This document shows, piece by piece, positions 59,379 through 64,000 of a stretch of 64,000 bases of DNA (its first letter is position 1; each line of letters begins with the position of its first letter). A program made the position numbers and the translations under genes. Location of the stretch: assembly GCA_963782055.1 (NCBI GenBank), contig CAWAIF010000003.1, forward strand, positions 608,001-672,000, read 5' to 3'. The DNA comes from an uncultured delta proteobacterium (lineage in GTDB: Bacteria; Myxococcota_A; Polyangia; Polyangiales; Polyangiaceae). Below the pieces are notes generated by a model, which saw only the letters and a program-made list of their open reading frames with translations, was not told the DNA's origin and did not search any database.

Positions 59379-60254
59379 TCAGCTCTTCCAGCCGCCGCTC
59401 TTCTTCGCGTGCTGGAACAGGTCCACGTCCTGCTCCTTCTTCAGCAGCACCCCGAGGAAGGGCAGCTCGCGGATGAAGCGCTCGTTGCCGATGCCGGCGC
59501 TCTGCAGCACGGCGATCCAGTCGACCAGCTCGCTCGTCGAGGGGCGCTTGCGCAGGCGCGGCAGGGCCCGCAGCTCGTAGAACTTCACCACCGCCTGGTC
59601 CACGAGGGACTGGTCGATGTGGGGGTGGTGGACGCGCACGATGCGCTTCATCAGCTCGACGTCGGGGAAGTCGATGAAGTGGAAGACGCACCGGCGCAGG
59701 AAGGCGTCGGGCAGCTCCTTCTCGTTGTTGGAGGTGATGACCACCACCGGCCGGTCCTTCGCGACAATCTCGTCGCCCGTCTCGGTGATGGAGAAGCGCA
59801 TGCGGTCCAGCTCGTGGAGCAGGTCGTTGGGGAACTCGATGTCGGCCTTGTCCACCTCGTCGATGAGCAGGACGTGGCGGCCCCGCGAACCGTGGAAGTA
59901 GGCGGTCTCCCCCTCCGAGGAGGCGGCGAAGGCACGACCGAGGGGCCCGAGCTTGATGTAGTGCCGGACGTCCTTCACGTCGCCGTCACCGAAGCGTGCA
60001 TCATACAAGCGTTGCACGGTGTCGTAGACGTAGAGGCCATCCTGCGCGCGTGTCGTCGACTTCACCGGCCAGTGGATGAGCGGCAGCTCCAGCGACTGGG
60101 CGATCGCCTCGGCCAGCAGGGTCTTGCCCGTGCCCGGCTCGCCCTTGACGAGGAGCGGACGCTCCAGCGCGAGGGCGCAGTTGACCGCGGCCTCCAGGGA
60201 CTCGTTGGTGAGGTAGCTCGGCGTGCCAGCGAAGCGGCGAAACTCTTGGGTCAC
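59379..60254 (-). CDS. MoxR-family AAA+ ATPase
   Basis: GEPGTGKT, LLIDEVDKAD, FPNDLL, TSNNEKELPDAFLRRC. Confidence 0.93.
   Translation of the reverse strand: MTQEFRRFAGTPSYLTNESLEAAVNCALALERPLLVKGEPGTGKTLLAEAIAQSLELPLIHWPVKSTTRAQDGLYVYDTVQRLYDARFGDGDVKDVRHYIKLGPLGRAFAASSEGETAYFHGSRGRHVLLIDEVDKADIEFPNDLLHELDRMRFSITETGDEIVAKDRPVVVITSNNEKELPDAFLRRCVFHFIDFPDVELMKRIVRVHHPHIDQSLVDQAVVKFYELRALPRLRKRPSTSELVDWIAVLQSAGIGNERFIRELPFLGVLLKKEQDVDLFQHAKKSGGWKS
59996..60008. repeat. Intragenic 13-bp palindrome, copy 7 (GTGCA-TCA-TACAA) inside the MoxR gene
   Basis: Codons CAA CGC TTG TAT GAT GCA, all but one non-preferred. Confidence 0.65.
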
Positions 60255-60356
60255 GCGCTAGGATGTAACGGCTCGCCGGGGGCGCCGCAACCTGCCTCAC
60301 CCGTCGGCTCGTCCGCCCGCCGTGGCGTCGACGCCTTTCGCTGGTAGCGTACGGGG

Positions 60357-61784
60357 GTGAATCTGCGCGCCCCCGCCCTCGAGCCGGTCCCGGCCGCCCG
60401 CGTCGAGCGCGCGGCGATCGAGCTGGACCGGGCTCTGGGGACCTCCAAGCTCATCATGGAAGAGGGCGCCCGCGCGCCGTACGCCCGGGACGACAGCCCG
60501 GCCCCGGGGCGCGTGCCCGACGTGGTCGTGCTGGCGGAGACGCGGGAGGACATCGCCGCGGTGCTGCGCATCGCCGATGCCCACGACGTGCCGGTGACCC
60601 CCCGCGCGGCCGGCTCCGGCAGGACGGGCGGCGCGGTGCCGGTGCGCGGCGGCATCGTGCTCGCCACGCACGGCATGACCGCGGTCAAGGAGGTAAGCCG
60701 CCACGATCTCCTCGCCGTCGTGGAGCCCGGGGTGGTGACCGGCGAGCTGCATGCCCTCGTCGAGAAGGAGGGCCTCTTCTACCCGCCCGACCCCAACTCG
60801 ATGGACATGTGCATGATCGGCGGCAACGTCGCCGAGAACGCCGGCGGCCCGCGAGCCTTCAAGTACGGTGTCACGCGGGAGTACGTGCTCGGTCTGGAGG
60901 CCTGCCTGATGGGAGGGCGCGTGGTGCGCACCGGCAAGCGCACGGTGAAGGGGGTGACCGGCTACGACGTGACCGCGCTGCTCGTCGGGAGCGAGGGCAC
61001 GCTGGGCGTCTTCTCCGAGATCACCCTGCGCCTCTTGCCGCGGCCGCCGCGGGTGGCCACGCTGCTCGCCCTCTACTCCGACGTGCGCGCCGCGGGCGCC
61101 TCGGTCGCCGCCGTCGTGGCCGCGGGGCTGGTGCCGCGGTGCCTGGAGCTGCTGGACACGCTGACGCTGGACGCCGTGCGCCAGGCGGGCAACGCGATCG
61201 ACCCGCGCGCCGGGGCGATGCTCCTCATCGAGGTGGACGGCGAGGACGCCGACGCGCAGGCCCAGCGGCTGGGCGAGGCGGTCTCGGCGGGCGAGGGCGT
61301 CCTGGACGTGGTGCTCGCGCAGGACGCGGCGCAGCGGGCGCGCCTCTGGTCGGCGCGCAAGTCGCTCTCCTACGCCACGCGGAAGCTGGCGAAGCACAAG
61401 CTCTCGGAGGACGTGGTCGTGCCGCGCTCGCGCGTCCCGGAGCTGCTCGCCCGCGTCGACGCGATCGGCGACGAGGAGCGCGTGCGCCACCTCACCTACG
61501 GCCACGCCGGGGACGGCAACCTGCACGTCAACTTCCTCTGGGACGACGACGACGAGCGCGAGCGGGTGGAGCGCGCGATCGAGGCGCTCATGCGCGCGAC
61601 GGTGGAGCTCGGCGGGACGCTGAGCGGCGAGCACGGCATCGGCCTGGCGAAGGCGCCGTACCTGGCGATCGAGCAGTCGCCCGAGCTCATCGCCCTGCAG
61701 AAGGACCTCAAGCGCGTGTTCGACCCGAAGGACCTGCTCAACCCGGGCAAGATCTTCCCCGCCGGCGGCCACCGCGCCTGCTGA
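60357..61784 (+). CDS. GlcD-like FAD-linked 2-hydroxy-acid oxidase/dehydrogenase
   Basis: [50 protein letters not shown]. Confidence 0.93.
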   Translation: MNLRAPALEPVPAARVERAAIELDRALGTSKLIMEEGARAPYARDDSPAPGRVPDVVVLAETREDIAAVLRIADAHDVPVTPRAAGSGRTGGAVPVRGGIVLATHGMTAVKEVSRHDLLAVVEPGVVTGELHALVEKEGLFYPPDPNSMDMCMIGGNVAENAGGPRAFKYGVTREYVLGLEACLMGGRVVRTGKRTVKGVTGYDVTALLVGSEGTLGVFSEITLRLLPRPPRVATLLALYSDVRAAGASVAAVVAAGLVPRCLELLDTLTLDAVRQAGNAIDPRAGAMLLIEVDGEDADAQAQRLGEAVSAGEGVLDVVLAQDAAQRARLWSARKSLSYATRKLAKHKLSEDVVVPRSRVPELLARVDAIGDEERVRHLTYGHAGDGNLHVNFLWDDDDERERVERAIEALMRATVELGGTLSGEHGIGLAKAPYLAIEQSPELIALQKDLKRVFDPKDLLNPGKIFPAGGHRAC

Positions 61785-61809
61785 GAAGAGGAGGTGGTAC
61801 GCTGCGGGC

Positions 61810-62496
61810 GTGCGCGTCCTCGTCGTCGAAGACAGCCCGCGCGTCGCCCAGGTGCTCACCGGCGCGCTGCGCCGTGCCGGTCACGCCGTCGCCGTCGCCC
61901 CGACGCGGGTGGAGGGCCTGGCCGAGGCGGAGCGCGCGCACGTGGACCTCGCCATCGTGGACGTGGGGCTTCCGGACGGCTCCGGGCTGGACCTCTGCCG
62001 CGCGTGGCGGTCGGCGGGGCACGACTTCCCGGTGCTGGTGCTGACGGCGCGCAACGGCGTGGGGGATCGCGTCGCCGGGCTCGACGCCGGGGCCGACGAC
62101 TACCTCGGCAAGCCCTTCGCCGCCGCCGAGCTGCTCGCCCGCGTGCGCGCGCTCGGCCGCCGCGGCCCGCGCTGGACCGAGTCGAGGAAGACCTTCGGCG
62201 ACGTGGTCATCGACCGCGACCGACGCACCATCACGCGCGGCGGCGGCGCGCTGCCGCTCACCCCGCGGGAGTTCGAGCTCGTGGCCCTGCTCGCCTGGCG
62301 CGACGGCCGGGTCGTCCCGCGCGACGAGGTGCTGGAGATCGTGTGGGGCGCGTGCACCGAGCGCGAGGCGGCGAGCCTGGAGGTGCTCGTCTCGCGCGTG
62401 CGGCGCAAGCTGGGGTCGCGCGCGGGTGACGAGGTGGTGCGGACAGTCCGGGGGGTGGGGTACGCGTGGGCGCTCGGACGCTCGAGTCCAGCCTGA
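61810..62496 (+). CDS. OmpR-family response regulator
   Basis: [32 protein letters not shown]. Confidence 0.95.
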   Translation: MRVLVVEDSPRVAQVLTGALRRAGHAVAVAPTRVEGLAEAERAHVDLAIVDVGLPDGSGLDLCRAWRSAGHDFPVLVLTARNGVGDRVAGLDAGADDYLGKPFAAAELLARVRALGRRGPRWTESRKTFGDVVIDRDRRTITRGGGALPLTPREFELVALLAWRDGRVVPRDEVLEIVWGACTEREAASLEVLVSRVRRKLGSRAGDEVVRTVRGVGYAWALGRSSPA

Positions 62497-63773
62497 GGGG
62501 CCGGCTGCTGCTGCTCGTCGCCCCCGCGCTCGTCGCGGTGGCGGCGATCGCGGTGCTCGTCACGTGGCGCGCGCTGTGGGCCGCCGACGAGGACGCCGCA
62601 CGGACGCGCGCCTCGGCGCTGGTCACCGCGTTCGACGCCGAGCTCGGGGAGGGCGATCCCCCCGACATGGGCGCCAGCGAGGTGCTGGCGGAGGTGACCA
62701 AGGAGGGCGTGGCCGCCACGCTGCTCGACGATGCGTCGGGGCGGCGGTGGGACGGCGGCCTCCCGCTCGCCGCGGAGATCGCCGCGCTGCCCGCGGGGCA
62801 GTGCGCGCTGGCGCGCTCGGGCGGCGTGTGGTGGCGCGGCTGCCGGGTGCGGCGAGGCGATCACGAGGCCGTGGCCGCCATGCCGGTGACGTCTCACGTC
62901 GGGGTGGTGGCGAACGTGGCGGAGGCGATGGGCGTCGTGCTCGTCGCGGCGCTGGTCGCGCTCGTGCTCGCGGGGCGCGCGGCGGTGAAGCAGCCGCTCG
63001 CCTCGGTGGGGCGGCTGGTGGAGTGGAGCGAGAGCGTCGTGGCGGCCGGCGGCGAGCCGCCGCCCCCGCCGGCGGCCGACTCGGAGGAGATGCGGCGCCT
63101 CGGGGGGGCCTTCGACGCGCTGGTGCGGCGGCTGGTGCAGGCGCTCGCGCGCGAGCGCGCGACGGCCGCGCACATCGCCCACGAGCTTCGCACGCCGCTC
63201 ACCGCGATGCGCGCGGAGCTGGAGGAGCTGCTGCCCTCCGGCGGCGATCGCGTGGAGCGAATGCTGGGCGACGCCGACCGGCTGGCGCGGGTGATCGACG
63301 CCATCTTGCTGCTGTCCTCGCCGCAGAAGGCGGAGAAGACGGAGGGCGTGGTGAACGTCGCCGACGTGGTGCGCGAGCTGGCGCCGCGTGGAGCGGAGGT
63401 GGACGCCCCCGACGAGGCGCTGGTCGACGCGGACCCGAACCTCGTGGAGCTGGCCGTGCACAACCTCATCGAGAACGCGCTGAAGCACGGCGGGCGCCCG
63501 GCGCGCGCGGTTCACGTCACGCGCGTGGAGGGCGGCGTGCGCGTCTCGGTGGTGGACGACGGCAAGGGGATGGCCCCGGACGCCATTCCCCACATCTTCG
63601 ACCGCTACTGGCGCGGCTCCGGAGACGTCGGGGGCACCGGCCTCGGGCTGGCGCTCGTCCGCGCGGTCGCCGAGCGCTATGGCGGAGCGGTGCACGCCGC
63701 GCCCGCCGCCGGGTCTGGACTGGAGGTGGGCATCACCTTCGGGCGCGTCCTCGGGTGGCACGCCCACGCCTGA
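62466..63773 (+). CDS. Sensor histidine kinase (TM-periplasmic-TM-HAMP-HisKA-HATPase)
   Basis: [28 protein letters not shown]. Confidence 0.93.
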   Translation: MGARTLESSLRGRLLLLVAPALVAVAAIAVLVTWRALWAADEDAARTRASALVTAFDAELGEGDPPDMGASEVLAEVTKEGVAATLLDDASGRRWDGGLPLAAEIAALPAGQCALARSGGVWWRGCRVRRGDHEAVAAMPVTSHVGVVANVAEAMGVVLVAALVALVLAGRAAVKQPLASVGRLVEWSESVVAAGGEPPPPPAADSEEMRRLGGAFDALVRRLVQALARERATAAHIAHELRTPLTAMRAELEELLPSGGDRVERMLGDADRLARVIDAILLLSSPQKAEKTEGVVNVADVVRELAPRGAEVDAPDEALVDADPNLVELAVHNLIENALKHGGRPARAVHVTRVEGGVRVSVVDDGKGMAPDAIPHIFDRYWRGSGDVGGTGLGLALVRAVAERYGGAVHAAPAAGSGLEVGITFGRVLGWHAHA

Positions 63774-63814
63774 CCGTTAGGATCCCGTTCAGGTTGGCCC
63801 GATAGCCTTGCGCG

Positions 63815-64000
63815 ATGAGGCACGCGACGGTGACCACGGCGCTCGCTCTCGGCGTGACGCTGGTCGCGGCGGCTGCATACGCCCAGCCGACGACGCCGAT
63901 CGGCTACCGTGACGCGCTGGAGCGGGCGCGGCGGGCCTCGCCCGACGTGGCGGCCGTGAGGGCCGAGGAGGCCGTCGCCCGGGCGGGCGTCGGGGTGGCG
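63815..64000 (+). CDS. Probable TolC/CzcC-family outer-membrane efflux protein, N-terminal fragment
   Basis: Hand translation MRHATVTTALALGVTLVAAAAYA-QPTTPIGYRDALERARRASPDVAAVRAEEAVARAGVGVA, matching the 'A..A...P.l.a.ra' opening of OMF proteins; runs off the window. Confidence 0.6.
   Translation, partial: MRHATVTTALALGVTLVAAAAYAQPTTPIGYRDALERARRASPDVAAVRAEEAVARAGVGVA

Overview
This is a very GC-rich, densely coding chromosomal window. Its gene content (Tad cpaB/cpaC, two Hanks kinases, many Cys-rich lipoproteins, an FGE-domain protein) suggests a myxobacterium of the Polyangiaceae type; that placement is inference. Most genes are housekeeping: rpmI-rplT-pheS-pheT, a phosphomutase, Dpp/Opp permeases, thioredoxin-rhodanese, Fur, ygfA, an orphan Dam-family methylase, a Gld-like ABC operon, two two-component pairs, xseA-aroE, biotin carboxylase, ClC, an M50 protease, metG, pdp, cytochrome c-WYL-KamA, two tatA, an aminotransferase, Mrp, MoxR and a GlcD-like oxidase. 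I saw no CRISPR array, rRNA, tRNA, IS or prophage. Three non-genic signals stand out. (1) A 13-bp 5-3-5 palindrome, consensus (C)TTGYA-N3-TRCAC, occurs seven times, always inside unrelated CDSs and coinciding with AT-rich non-preferred codons; it is a candidate dispersed, chromosome-scale protein-binding site. (2) A leaderless-mRNA signature (TAnnnT 6 nt before the start codon) recurs at many genes. (3) A modular intergenic repeat begins exactly at stop codons. Two single-base frameshifts at homopolymer runs (pheT and the gldG-like gene) are probably assembly errors.
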